A DNA stretch of 32,000 nucleotides from Candidatus Scatavimonas merdigallinarum (GTDB taxonomy: Bacteria; Bacillota; Clostridia; Oscillospirales; Acutalibacteraceae): NCBI GenBank assembly GCA_018713055.1, contig DVFW01000028.1, forward strand, positions 40,653 to 72,652, given 5' to 3'. The notes beneath the pieces are model-generated. The model saw only the letters and a list, made by a program, of their open reading frames with translations. It had not been told where the DNA came from and ran no database searches. The translations under genes were made by a program, and so were the position numbers. Positions within the stretch are counted from its first letter, which is position 1, and the number at the start of each line of letters is the position of its first letter. Positions 1-8,315 of this stretch are shown piece after piece.

Positions 1-605
1 ATTTTGACAGCGTGAAAAAATACCTCAACAGCGCGGGGATTGCCTATACAGTAAACCCCAGGATTGTACGCGGCCTGGATTATTATACAAGGACTGTTTT
101 TGAATTTGTGACAGACGCACTTGGCGCACAGGGCACCGTTTGTGGAGGCGGGCGCTACGATGGGTTGATTGAGCAGCTTGGAGGTCAGCACCTGCCTTCT
201 TTGGGCTTTGCGCTGGGTATGGAGCGGCTGCTCAACCTGATGGAAACGCTGAAGATAGAGATTCCGCCGGCGCCTGTTTGCGACCTTTATATTGCGGGAC
301 TGGGCGAAGCTGCCCAAATGAAGGCGTTTTCTCTGATTGAGCAGGTACGCCGCTCCTCTTTGATTGCAGAGGGCGATATTGTTGGAAGAAGCCTGCGCGC
401 ACAGATGAAATACGCAGATAAAATCGGCGCGAAATTCAGTATGGTGTTGGGCGACAACGAAATTGCGCAAAACTGCGCTGTTTTGAAAAATATGCAGACG
501 GGCCAGCAGACGCAGCTCCCTCTGGACGACACATTTTTTGAAAAGTTTTTTGCCGTCTATCTGGATGCAGACGGCAAAGCGCTTATGGAACAGCTGAAAA
601 CCTGA
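1..605 (+). CDS. hisS: Histidine--tRNA ligase, C-terminal part (5' end lies upstream of the window)
   Basis: The frame of ORF 12..605 is open to the window edge. It has GLDYYTRTVFEF and GGGRYDGL class-II aaRS HisRS-type motifs and a C-terminal anticodon-binding-like domain. aspS follows directly, as in Firmicutes hisS-aspS operons. Confidence 0.9.
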   Translation, partial: FDSVKKYLNSAGIAYTVNPRIVRGLDYYTRTVFEFVTDALGAQGTVCGGGRYDGLIEQLGGQHLPSLGFALGMERLLNLMETLKIEIPPAPVCDLYIAGLGEAAQMKAFSLIEQVRRSSLIAEGDIVGRSLRAQMKYADKIGAKFSMVLGDNEIAQNCAVLKNMQTGQQTQLPLDDTFFEKFFAVYLDADGKALMEQLKT

Positions 606-665
606 GGCTATTATAAAACGGCGTACGAAAAAATAGAAATTTAACACAAGCAAAGGGACGATTTT

Positions 666-2441
666 ATGGCAGAATTTATGACGGGCATGCATAGGACAGA
701 CAATTGCGGTACACTGCGTATGCAGGACGTGGGCAGGCGGGTTACCCTATTTGGGTGGGTACAGCGCAGGCGCGACCTGGGCCAGCTTCTTTTTATAGAC
801 CTGCGCGACCGCACAGGCATTATACAGCTTGCGTTTGATGGCGAAACAGACCCCGCAGTATTTGAAAAAGCCCTGTCGGCGCGCAGTGAATTTGTGCTTG
901 GTGCCGTTGGAACCGTTTGTGAGCGCAGTGCAAAAAATCCGGAACTTCCCACAGGGGAGGTGGAAATCAAGGTTGAGCAGCTGCGTATTTTGGGAGAAAG
1001 CGAAACGCCTCCGTTTGAAATTGTGGAAAACAGCGCCACAGGGGAAGCCACGCGCCTTGCCTACCGTTACCTGGACCTGCGCCGTCCCGATCTGCAGCGC
1101 AACCTGCTTTTTCGCCACAGGGTTGCAAAAATTACAAGGGATTATTTTGATGAGCAGGGGTTTATAGAAATTGAAACGCCCATGCTTGTAAAATCTACGC
1201 CGGAAGGCGCCAGGGATTTTTTGGTTCCCTCCCGAATTCATAAGGGACAGTTTTACGCATTGCCGCAATCTCCGCAGATTTACAAACAGCTGTGCATGGT
1301 CGCAGGCTTCGACCGGTATATGCAGATTGCCCGCTGTTTTCGCGATGAAGACCTGCGCGCTGACCGCCAGCCGGAATTTACACAGATTGACCTGGAAATG
1401 TCCTTTGTGGACATGGAAGACGTTTTACAAATTGGCGAAGACTATATAAAACGGGTGTTTAAGGAAGCGTTGGGGGTCGATATTCCAACCCCGTTCCCTC
1501 GGTATACATACAACCAGGTGCTTGAGCGTTTTGGGTCAGACAAGCCGGACATACGTTTTGGTATGGAGCTGTTTGACCTGACAGATCTTGTGAAAGACTG
1601 CGATTTTGCCGTCTTTAAAAATGCTGTAGAAAGCGGCGGCGGCGTGCGCGGGATCACCGCGAAGAACGCTGTAAAGACCTATTCCAGAAAAGAGCTGGAC
1701 AAGCTTACGGAGTTTGTGCGCGGAATTGGGGCCAAGGGGCTTGCGTGGATCCGTCTTACAGACGAGGGCGTTTCCAGCAGTTTTGCAAAGTTTATGACCA
1801 AAGCGCAGATGCAGGCGATCCTGGACCGCGCCGGCGCACAGACGGGCGATGTGGTTATGATCATTGCAGACGCCAGCGACCGTCAGGTGCTTACTACACT
1901 GGGCGCCGTGCGCTGTGAAGCCGCGCAGAAATTAAACCTGCCAAGGGAGGGCTTTGCATTTTTGTGGGTGGTAGAATTCCCGTTTTTTGAAAAAGACGAG
2001 GAAACCGGCCAGTGGGTCGCCATGCATCACCCGTTTACCTCTCCAACGGACGAATGCCTCAACGACCTGGAGGGGGATAAAAGCAAGGTCTATGCCAAGG
2101 CGTATGATATGGTATTAAACGGCGCGGAGCTTTCCTCCGGTTCCATACGGATTACAAACCCGGAACTGCAAAAGCGGATGTTCCGTATGCTGGGTCTCAG
2201 CGAGGAAGAAGCTTACAAAAAGTTTGGTTTTCTGACCGACGCGTTTCAATATGGCGCGCCGCCGCACGGCGGCATGGGTATTGGCCTGGACCGGCTGGTT
2301 ATGCAGATGCTGGGCGCTTCTACCCTGCGCGACGTGATCGCATTTCCAAAGGTGCAAAACGCAAGCGAATTGATGACAAACGCGCCAAGCGGTGTAGACC
2401 GGCAGCAGCTTGACGAGCTTGGTATTGCCGTTTTAGAATAA
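666..2441 (+). CDS. aspS: Aspartate--tRNA ligase
   Basis: 591 aa with an N-terminal OB-fold region, FRDEDLRADRQPEFTQID (motif 2 region) and GGMGIGLDRL (motif 3 region). The start is uncertain between ATG 666 and in-frame ATG 687 (MHRTDNCGTLR). Confidence 0.93.
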   Translation: MAEFMTGMHRTDNCGTLRMQDVGRRVTLFGWVQRRRDLGQLLFIDLRDRTGIIQLAFDGETDPAVFEKALSARSEFVLGAVGTVCERSAKNPELPTGEVEIKVEQLRILGESETPPFEIVENSATGEATRLAYRYLDLRRPDLQRNLLFRHRVAKITRDYFDEQGFIEIETPMLVKSTPEGARDFLVPSRIHKGQFYALPQSPQIYKQLCMVAGFDRYMQIARCFRDEDLRADRQPEFTQIDLEMSFVDMEDVLQIGEDYIKRVFKEALGVDIPTPFPRYTYNQVLERFGSDKPDIRFGMELFDLTDLVKDCDFAVFKNAVESGGGVRGITAKNAVKTYSRKELDKLTEFVRGIGAKGLAWIRLTDEGVSSSFAKFMTKAQMQAILDRAGAQTGDVVMIIADASDRQVLTTLGAVRCEAAQKLNLPREGFAFLWVVEFPFFEKDEETGQWVAMHHPFTSPTDECLNDLEGDKSKVYAKAYDMVLNGAELSSGSIRITNPELQKRMFRMLGLSEEEAYKKFGFLTDAFQYGAPPHGGMGIGLDRLVMQMLGASTLRDVIAFPKVQNASELMTNAPSGVDRQQLDELGIAVLE

Positions 2442-2594
2442 AGACTTGTCTTGGGCATAAAACGTGCGCGCTGTAAAAAATACGGCGCGCATTTTTCTTG
2501 TGTTTTTCTGTACAACAGGCTATAATGATGTTATAGCAGGCCCTTTCTACGGCTATGGAGAATGGCCTTACGGATTACAAAGGAGTGACGCAAT

Positions 2595-3863
2595 ATGGGA
2601 ATTATTAAAGCGGTAGCAGGCGCTATAGGCGGCGGGCTCGCCGATCAGTGGCTGGAGGTATACGAGCCGTCCGATATGCAGGACACGACGGTTTTTGTCC
2701 CGGGTGTGAAGGTGCACAAGGACAGCCGCAGAACCAGCAATACAAAGGGGACCGACAACACTGTATCCAACGGTTCGATTATACATGTGTACGACGACCA
2801 GCTTATGCTTTTGCTCGACGGCGGCAAGGTGGTTGACTATACCGCTGAGCCGGGCTATTATAAAGTGGAAAACTCCGCGCTGCCTTCCATGTTTAACGGC
2901 CAGTTTAAAGATACGCTTAAGGAATCGTTCAGCCGTATAAAATATGGCGGTATTACGCCTACCGCCCAAAAGGTATTTTATATCAACACGCAGGAGATCA
3001 AGGGGATAAAATTTGGCACGCCCAACCCGGTCAATTATTTTGACAATTTCTATAATGCCGAGCTGCATTTGCGGGCGCACGGTACGTATTCCATCCGTAT
3101 TACCGACCCGTTTAAATTTTATGCGGAAGCTATTCCAAGAGCTGCCGTAACTTCCAATACAAGCGTGGATATTTCACAGATTAACAGTCAGTATCTGGCG
3201 GAATTTTTGGAGGCGTTTCAGGCGGCGCTCAACCAGCTTTCTGCCGACGGAGAGCGGATTTCGTTTGTGACCTCAAAAGGGACGCTTTTGAGCCGCCATA
3301 TGCGCACCATTTTGGACGAGGAGTGGAACCAGGCGCGCGGTTTTGTTGTGGAAGCGGTCGGTATTGCAAGCATTTCCTATGATGAAGAGTCACAAAGGCT
3401 GATCAACCTGCGTAACGAAGGCGCCATGCTGTCTGACCAGAATATCCAGGCCGGCTATATGGCTGGAAAAATCGGTGAAGGGATTGCCTCCGCCGGGGAA
3501 AACCAAAACGGAGCCATGGCGGGCTTTCTGGGTATGGGCATGGCTATGAATGCGGGTGGAAATATTATGGGTGGTTATCAGCAGGCGCAGCAGCAACAGC
3601 AGCAGGCAAATGCAAACGCACAACCACAGTGGACCTGTGACTGCGGTGCAAAAAACAGCGGCAAATTTTGCAGCGAATGCGGCAAACCAAGACCGGAAGA
3701 GAACGGCTGGATGTGCGCCTGTGGTGCGAAAAACAGCGGCAAATTTTGCAGTGAATGCGGCAAACCGAAACCCACGCAGCCGGTAAAATGCAGCAAATGC
3801 GGCTATGAGCCAAAGGGCGATACACCAAAATTCTGTCCGGAATGCGGGCATCCGTTTGCATAA
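2595..3863 (+). CDS. SPFH/band-7-like protein (COG4260 / YdjI-like 'virion core protein-like' family) with a Gln-rich linker and three C-terminal zinc ribbons
   Basis: AAGGAG SD sits 7 nt upstream. The N-terminus MGIIKAVAGAIGGGLADQW is typical of this family as I recall it. The C-terminus has 3x CxCG/CxxCG...FCxECG motifs after QQAQQQQQQANANAQ. Confidence 0.7.
   Translation: MGIIKAVAGAIGGGLADQWLEVYEPSDMQDTTVFVPGVKVHKDSRRTSNTKGTDNTVSNGSIIHVYDDQLMLLLDGGKVVDYTAEPGYYKVENSALPSMFNGQFKDTLKESFSRIKYGGITPTAQKVFYINTQEIKGIKFGTPNPVNYFDNFYNAELHLRAHGTYSIRITDPFKFYAEAIPRAAVTSNTSVDISQINSQYLAEFLEAFQAALNQLSADGERISFVTSKGTLLSRHMRTILDEEWNQARGFVVEAVGIASISYDEESQRLINLRNEGAMLSDQNIQAGYMAGKIGEGIASAGENQNGAMAGFLGMGMAMNAGGNIMGGYQQAQQQQQQANANAQPQWTCDCGAKNSGKFCSECGKPRPEENGWMCACGAKNSGKFCSECGKPKPTQPVKCSKCGYEPKGDTPKFCPECGHPFA
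3630..3773 (+). repeat. Tandem direct repeat (2 units, about 66-78 nt) encoding duplicated zinc-ribbon modules
   Basis: Unit 1 starts at 3630 (tgg acc tgt gac tgc ggt gca aaa aac agc ggc aaa ttt tgc agc gaa tgc ggc aaa cc) and unit 2 at 3708 (tgg atg tgc gcc tgt ggt gcg aaa aac agc ggc aaa ttt tgc agt gaa tgc ggc aaa cc). They are nearly identical at the DNA level. Confidence 0.9.
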
Positions 3864-3883
3864 AGGCATACAGGGAATTTTAA

Positions 3884-3911
3884 GGGGAAACAGTTGTGTT
3901 TCCCCTTTTTT
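3884..3911 (+). terminator. Rho-independent terminator of the SPFH-like gene
   Basis: Stem GGGGAAACA/TGTTTCCCC with loop GTTG, followed by T6. Confidence 0.8.
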
Positions 3912-3924
3912 GTTTGCCCAAACC

Positions 3925-4006
3925 TTTTGCGGGGTACTTTATAAGGGCTTGCAGCTTACCCGGCAGGTAAGATACAAGCCCTTATAAACACCTAAACACC
4001 GCAAAA
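3925..4006. repeat. Long composite imperfect inverted repeat (extended hairpin) in a convergent intergenic region
   Basis: Outer arms are TTTTGCGG(G)G 3925-3934 and C(A)CCGCAAAA 3997-4006. Inner arms are a perfect 13-bp pair, TTATAAGGGCTTG 3939-3951 and CAAGCCCTTATAA 3975-3987. The apical stem is CTTACC/GGTAAG. Confidence 0.7.
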
Positions 4007-4049
4007 ACAAATTTGCAGGGATACGGAAATCACAAAAGATTTTGTGGCT

Positions 4050-4466
4050 TTATTCGCCGATAATTTTGATCAGCGCATGTTTGGGACGCATCCCGTCAAA
4101 TTCAAAATAAAAAATCTGCTCCCATGTGCCGAAATCCAGCCTTCCTTCAGTGATTGCGCAAACAACCTCCCGCCCCATTACGGTGCGTTTGAGGTGTGCG
4201 TCGGCGTTATCCTCGTAGCCATTGTGCCGGTACTGGCTGTAGGGCTTTTCAGGCGCAAGTTTTTCCAGCCATGTTTCATAATCCTGGTGCAGCCCGCTTT
4301 CGTCATCGTTGATAAACACGCTGGCGGTAATATTCATGGCGTTGACAAGTACAAGCCCTTCGCGCACGCCGCTTTCATCTATTGCTTTTTGTACATCTTT
4401 TGTAATATTCACAAGCCCCCGGCGCTTGGGGATGTTAAAGAAAAGCTCTTTTCTGTAAGATTTCAT
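4050..4466 (-). CDS. yjbQ: YjbQ/UPF0047 family protein (secondary thiamine-phosphate synthase-like)
   Basis: 138 aa with family-typical segments ITxxV...GLxxVxxxHTTASxxINE-like ([15 protein letters not shown]) and GTWQ-like (FGTWEQIF). Confidence 0.8.
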   Translation of the reverse strand: MKSYRKELFFNIPKRRGLVNITKDVQKAIDESGVREGLVLVNAMNITASVFINDDESGLHQDYETWLEKLAPEKPYSQYRHNGYEDNADAHLKRTVMGREVVCAITEGRLDFGTWEQIFYFEFDGMRPKHALIKIIGE

Positions 4467-4604
4467 AAACTCTACAAGCCCCCTGTTTTATCTTTACTTT
4501 GTGTTGTAGGCCGCTTACGACAGGCAACAATGGCCTTTGGCACACGCCGCGTGGCCGTGTGCGCTGCCAACGGCGGCTTTCTTTCCACTTGTTTTGGCAA
4601 ATTC

Positions 4605-4949
4605 CTAAAAATTGCGGCCGTTGTGCCCCCAGTATGGTGTTTCTTCGTACTGCACGTAGGTTCTGTCTGGGGTAATTCCCAACACGTCCTGCATAATGGC
4701 GCATATCTCCGCAGTGAGCGCCTGATATGCCTGCGGCGTGGATTTGCCGAAAAGCTTAACCTCGGTAAAGGCCACGGGGGCGTTGTTCGTTCCCTGAAAA
4801 TACAGCCGGCAACCCGGGGTAATACGAACCATCAGATATGCTTCGCTTTTCCCGGGCAAAAGAGGGATTGCCTGATAGAGCCTGTCTTTCAACCGGGCTT
4901 CCTGCTGCGGGGTAATATCTGTACTGACCATTGCATGAATAAAAGGCAT
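4605..4949 (-). CDS. MIF / phenylpyruvate tautomerase-family protein (Pro-1 tautomerase superfamily)
   Basis: Start was re-set to ATG 4949 (MPFIHAM...), which has GGGAGG 8 nt upstream and makes Pro the first residue after Met. The C-terminus ITPDRTYVQYEE..WGHNGRNF parallels MIF ISPDRVYINYYD..VGWNNSTF. Confidence 0.7.
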   Translation of the reverse strand: MPFIHAMVSTDITPQQEARLKDRLYQAIPLLPGKSEAYLMVRITPGCRLYFQGTNNAPVAFTEVKLFGKSTPQAYQALTAEICAIMQDVLGITPDRTYVQYEETPYWGHNGRNF

Positions 4950-5160
4950 GGTGTAAAAACCTCCCAAAAATAAGATAACTTTATCATACTATATTCTTTA
5001 TGGGAACACAAGGCCTGCTCCGCTGTTCCTTTTTTGACTTTTTTTTACAGCCCCCTTTATATTTTCATCCAAATCATGTATAATAAGCGTGTATCACATT
5101 GCCCCTGTTTCCCAAAAGAACAGGAGCATGCGGAAAAATTTATAGTATGGAGTGATCAAT

Positions 5161-6027
5161 ATGCCACTGGTAAATGCAAAAGACATGCTTACAAAAGCAA
5201 AAGCGGGCCACTATGCAGTCGGCCAGTTCAACATTAACAATCTGGAATGGACAAAAGCGATCCTTCTGACTGCGCAGGAAATGAACTCCCCGGTGATTCT
5301 TGGCGTGTCGGAGGGCGCGGGTAAATATATGTGCGGGTATAAAACCGTTGTGGGGATGGTAGACGGCATGCTCGAGGAGCTGCATATCACGGTTCCGGTT
5401 GCGCTGCATCTGGACCATGGCAGCTATGAGGGCGCGCTGGCATGCATAGCGGCAGGCTTCAGCTCGGTTATGTTTGATGGTTCCCATTATCCAATTGACG
5501 AAAACATTGCCAAAACAAAGGAACTTGTAAAAATCTGCGCCGACAAAAACCTTTCGCTTGAAGCAGAGGTGGGTTCCATTGGCGGCGAGGAAGACGGCGT
5601 GATCGGCGCGGGCGAAGTTGCCGACCCGAACGAATGCAAAATGATTGCTGACCTGGGCGTGACCATGCTGGCAGCCGGGATTGGCAATATCCACGGAAAA
5701 TATCCCGAAAACTGGGCGGGACTCAGCTTTGAAACGCTGGACGCCATCCAGCAGCTTACGGGTTCTATGCCTTTGGTTTTGCACGGGGGTACGGGTATTC
5801 CGGAGGATATGATTAAAAAGGCCATTTCTTTGGGCGTTTCAAAGATTAATGTCAACACAGAATGCCAGCTTTCGTTTGCCGCGGCCACCAGAAAATATAT
5901 TGAAGAAGGCAAAGATCTGCAGGGCAAGGGATTTGATCCCAGAAAGCTGCTTGCACCCGGATTTGAGGCGATTAAGGCAACGGTTAAGGAGAAAATGGAG
6001 TTGTTTGGCTCTGTTAACAAGGCGTAA
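5161..6027 (+). CDS. fba: Class II fructose-1,6-bisphosphate aldolase
   Basis: MPLVNAKDMLxKA..YAVGQFNxNN N-terminus, with LHLDHG, GxxSVMFDGS and LVLHGGTGIP motifs. The start is placed at ATG 5161, downstream of GGAG at 5149-5152. Confidence 0.9.
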   Translation: MPLVNAKDMLTKAKAGHYAVGQFNINNLEWTKAILLTAQEMNSPVILGVSEGAGKYMCGYKTVVGMVDGMLEELHITVPVALHLDHGSYEGALACIAAGFSSVMFDGSHYPIDENIAKTKELVKICADKNLSLEAEVGSIGGEEDGVIGAGEVADPNECKMIADLGVTMLAAGIGNIHGKYPENWAGLSFETLDAIQQLTGSMPLVLHGGTGIPEDMIKKAISLGVSKINVNTECQLSFAAATRKYIEEGKDLQGKGFDPRKLLAPGFEAIKATVKEKMELFGSVNKA

Positions 6028-6054
6028 AGGACAGCTCTTTATACATGGCAAAAA

Positions 6055-6084
6055 GCGGAGGGAGTACAAGCTTCCTCCGCTTTT
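6055..6084. terminator. Bidirectional terminator between fba (+) and ogg (-)
   Basis: Stem GCGGAGGGAG/CTTCCTCCGC with an A4 run before and a T4 run after. Confidence 0.7.
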
Positions 6085-6102
6085 GTGTTGTATATTTTAT
6101 TT

Positions 6103-6960
6103 TTATATTGCCTGTGTAAACAGCGCAGGATGTGTGCGGCTGTAATGAAATATGTATTGCTGTGCAATCCCTGCATATTCCCCAAAATCAGACGGATGCA
6201 TCCCGGGCAGCAGTGTTTCCATGGCGCGCTTCATCCATACATCCATGGGAAAGCACTCAAGGCGGTGCATGCCGTATAGAAGCGTGCAGTCGGCAACTTT
6301 TGGCCCTACGCCCCTGATCTGCATGCACACCTGCCGTGCCTGCTCAAGTTCCATTACAGATACCGCCTGCAGGTCGATCTGGCCGCCGGCAACCTTTTGC
6401 GCTGCATCCAGCAGGTATTTTGCCCGGAAGCCGCTCCTTATAGGGGTCAGGTCTTCCACCGTACAAAGCGCCAGCGCCTCCGGCCGGGGAAAGGTATGTG
6501 CGCCGCCGTTTTGTTCTCCAAAAAGCGCGCACAGGCGGTGAATCATCCCTTTTATCCGCGGAATATGGCTGTTTTGGGATAAAATAAACGAGCACAAAGC
6601 TTCCCATGGTTCCTGCCGCAGAATCCGGATCCCGGGAGCATAATCGGTTGCGGCCTTTAAAACGGGGTGCAGCCTGGACAGCGATGCGCGTATTTTGCCG
6701 TAATCCAGCTCAAGGTCAAAATACCGCCGCCACCGCGCCGCCTGTGCCTGCTCTGCACCGGGGCGGCACGCTGTGTCTGTTATATAAAGCGTCCCCTGTT
6801 CCAGCCGTACTTGCGCCGTGCCGCCAAACACCTGTCCGGAAAACGAGCCGTCCGGCTGCGCCTCCCAGCGAAAGCACTGTCCGCAGTCAAGCGTTTGCGA
6901 CAACACCAGGTCCTGCACACCATCAAGCGCCAGCGTTGCGGCGCAGCGTTCCTTTTCCAT
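6103..6960 (-). CDS. ogg: 8-oxoguanine DNA glycosylase / DNA lyase (Ogg-type, HhH-GPD superfamily)
   Basis: 285 aa. The N-terminus LSQTLDCGQCFRWE is OGG_N-like. There is an HhH-GPD region (IRGVGPKVADC) and a downstream catalytic-type D. GGGGAG SD lies upstream. Confidence 0.8.
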   Translation of the reverse strand: MEKERCAATLALDGVQDLVLSQTLDCGQCFRWEAQPDGSFSGQVFGGTAQVRLEQGTLYITDTACRPGAEQAQAARWRRYFDLELDYGKIRASLSRLHPVLKAATDYAPGIRILRQEPWEALCSFILSQNSHIPRIKGMIHRLCALFGEQNGGAHTFPRPEALALCTVEDLTPIRSGFRAKYLLDAAQKVAGGQIDLQAVSVMELEQARQVCMQIRGVGPKVADCTLLYGMHRLECFPMDVWMKRAMETLLPGMHPSDFGEYAGIAQQYIFHYSRTHPALFTQAI

Positions 6961-7054
6961 AGTCTGCTCCCCTTAAAGAATCTGCCGTAATTATACCATA
7001 CCTGCAAAGATTGTGCTACAATATAAAAAGGAAACGAGCGAAAGGAAGAACTGT

Positions 7055-7759
7055 ATGAAAGAAACCATCTGTACTATACCTGTTAACGACGTATTCGGCC
7101 CCAGAGAAGGCTGCCCGGTCTGCCGTATGCACGACATGTTGGAACAAAAATATGTAGAATACATTACCGGCGCCGCCATGATGGAGCCGGATGTACGTAC
7201 ACAGACCAATGACAGAGGCTTTTGCCACGCGCATTATGAAAAAATGCTGCAATGCGGCAAGCGTTTGCAAAACGCATTGATTCTGGAATCTCATTTACAG
7301 CGGCTTATTACGGCGTACTTTCCTGAAAAAACCAAAGGCAAGCCGGACAAAAAGCAGCTCTCCCAGCTACAGCGGTTGCAGCACAGCTGCTTTGTCTGCG
7401 ATCAAATTGCCTGGGCGCAGTCTCACATGTTCGAAACCGTTTTTCACAGTTTTGAAAACGACCCGGCCTTCCGCCGGTTGTACGGCGAGCAGCCGTTCAT
7501 CTGCCTGCCCCACTATACGCAGCTTATGCAGGCGGCAACCGCAAAAAACGGGATTGGCGCAAAGGCTCTGGGGGCTTTTTATCAGCAAACCGCAGCCCTC
7601 GCAGGCAATTACATCAAAACACTGAAAAAGGATATTTCGCATTTTTGTTCGATGTACGATTACCGCAACCGTGGCGGCGACTGGGGCAATGCAAAAGACG
7701 CAATTGAACGATCCGTTTTATTTTTGACCGCAGAGCCCCTGCAAACAGGCGATGCTTAA
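7055..7759 (+). CDS. Cys/His-rich protein of unknown function with an internally duplicated CxxC...CxxHY module (resembles the clostridial DUF6062-type family, from memory)
   Basis: Start was re-set to ATG 7055 (MKETICTIPVN), with AGGAAG SD upstream. There are two homologous halves: GCPVCRMHD...FCHAHYEKMLQ and SCFVCDQIA...ICLPHYTQLMQ. Confidence 0.6.
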   Translation: MKETICTIPVNDVFGPREGCPVCRMHDMLEQKYVEYITGAAMMEPDVRTQTNDRGFCHAHYEKMLQCGKRLQNALILESHLQRLITAYFPEKTKGKPDKKQLSQLQRLQHSCFVCDQIAWAQSHMFETVFHSFENDPAFRRLYGEQPFICLPHYTQLMQAATAKNGIGAKALGAFYQQTAALAGNYIKTLKKDISHFCSMYDYRNRGGDWGNAKDAIERSVLFLTAEPLQTGDA

Positions 7760-7760
7760 A

Positions 7761-7786
7761 AGAGGGGCTGCAAGCCCTCTTTTTTG
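7761..7786 (+). terminator. Rho-independent terminator
   Basis: Stem AGAGGG(G)CT/AGCCCTCT with loop GCA, followed by T6, immediately after the stop codon at 7759. Confidence 0.75.
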
Positions 7787-7914
7787 TTTTTCCAAGCTTT
7801 TGCGGGACGCTTTATATAACTTTTGTCTTATTTGCCGGGTTTGTACGTTTGCATCATTATCTTCTAAGAAGTTTTACTTCATTTCTTATAGAAGCAATAA
7901 ACCAAAGGCCACAA

Positions 7915-7937
7915 AGAGGGGGGATCCCCCTCTTTTT
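7915..7937 (+). terminator. Second, orphan rho-independent terminator
   Basis: Stem AGAGGGGG/CCCCCTCT around a GGATCC centre, followed by T5. No credible CDS lies between it and the previous terminator. Confidence 0.6.
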
Positions 7938-8286
7938 CTTTGCTTCTTTTAGTATAAACGGCGTACAAACACCGCTTGGTACGGCTTGTTTTGACAAAAG
8001 GCCAACAAGAAAATACCAGAAAATTCTATTAGAGGTTTCTGATATATATTTTTATATAAAAACATATTATATTTTATATAGTAAATTTGATTTTTTATAA
8101 TAAGAAGGTGACAAAATGCAGGATGTATGAAAGGATATCTTTTACCGAGAATTTGGCGGGGACAGACAAAGGCTGGAGGAGTAAAAGCCTGCAGCAAACC
8201 AAGGCCGTATAAAGCGGCCTGCAGAAAATGCAGGGGAGAGAAAAAGCGCCCCGTTTTTATGAATTTTTAAAAACAACAGGTATGCA

Positions 8287-8315
8287 TTGTCCATAGGATC
8301 ATATATTGGTATAAT
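8287..8315 (+). promoter_or_regulatory. Sigma-A-type promoter for the AGCS symporter gene
   Basis: TTGTCC, then 17 nt, then TATAAT, preceded by TGg (extended -10). Confidence 0.55.

Noticed and set aside
3390-3869. Several overlapping ORFs in both strands over the zinc-ribbon/poly-Gln region
   Set aside because: They are alternate-frame artefacts of the tandem repeat and CAG/CAA-rich tract within the SPFH-like CDS.
4044-4973. 309-aa plus-strand ORF
   Set aside because: It is antisense to two well-supported minus-strand genes (yjbQ and the tautomerase). It has no SD, reads as low-complexity Cys/Phe-rich sequence, and spans their intergenic region. It is a shadow ORF.
8131-8262. Glycine riboswitch upstream of the AGCS transporter, which is a common association
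   Set aside because: I could not find the conserved GGAGAG...ACCGAAGGGGCAA...CUCAGGCAAAAGGAC cores. The region is kept only as an unclassified structured segment in the findings.
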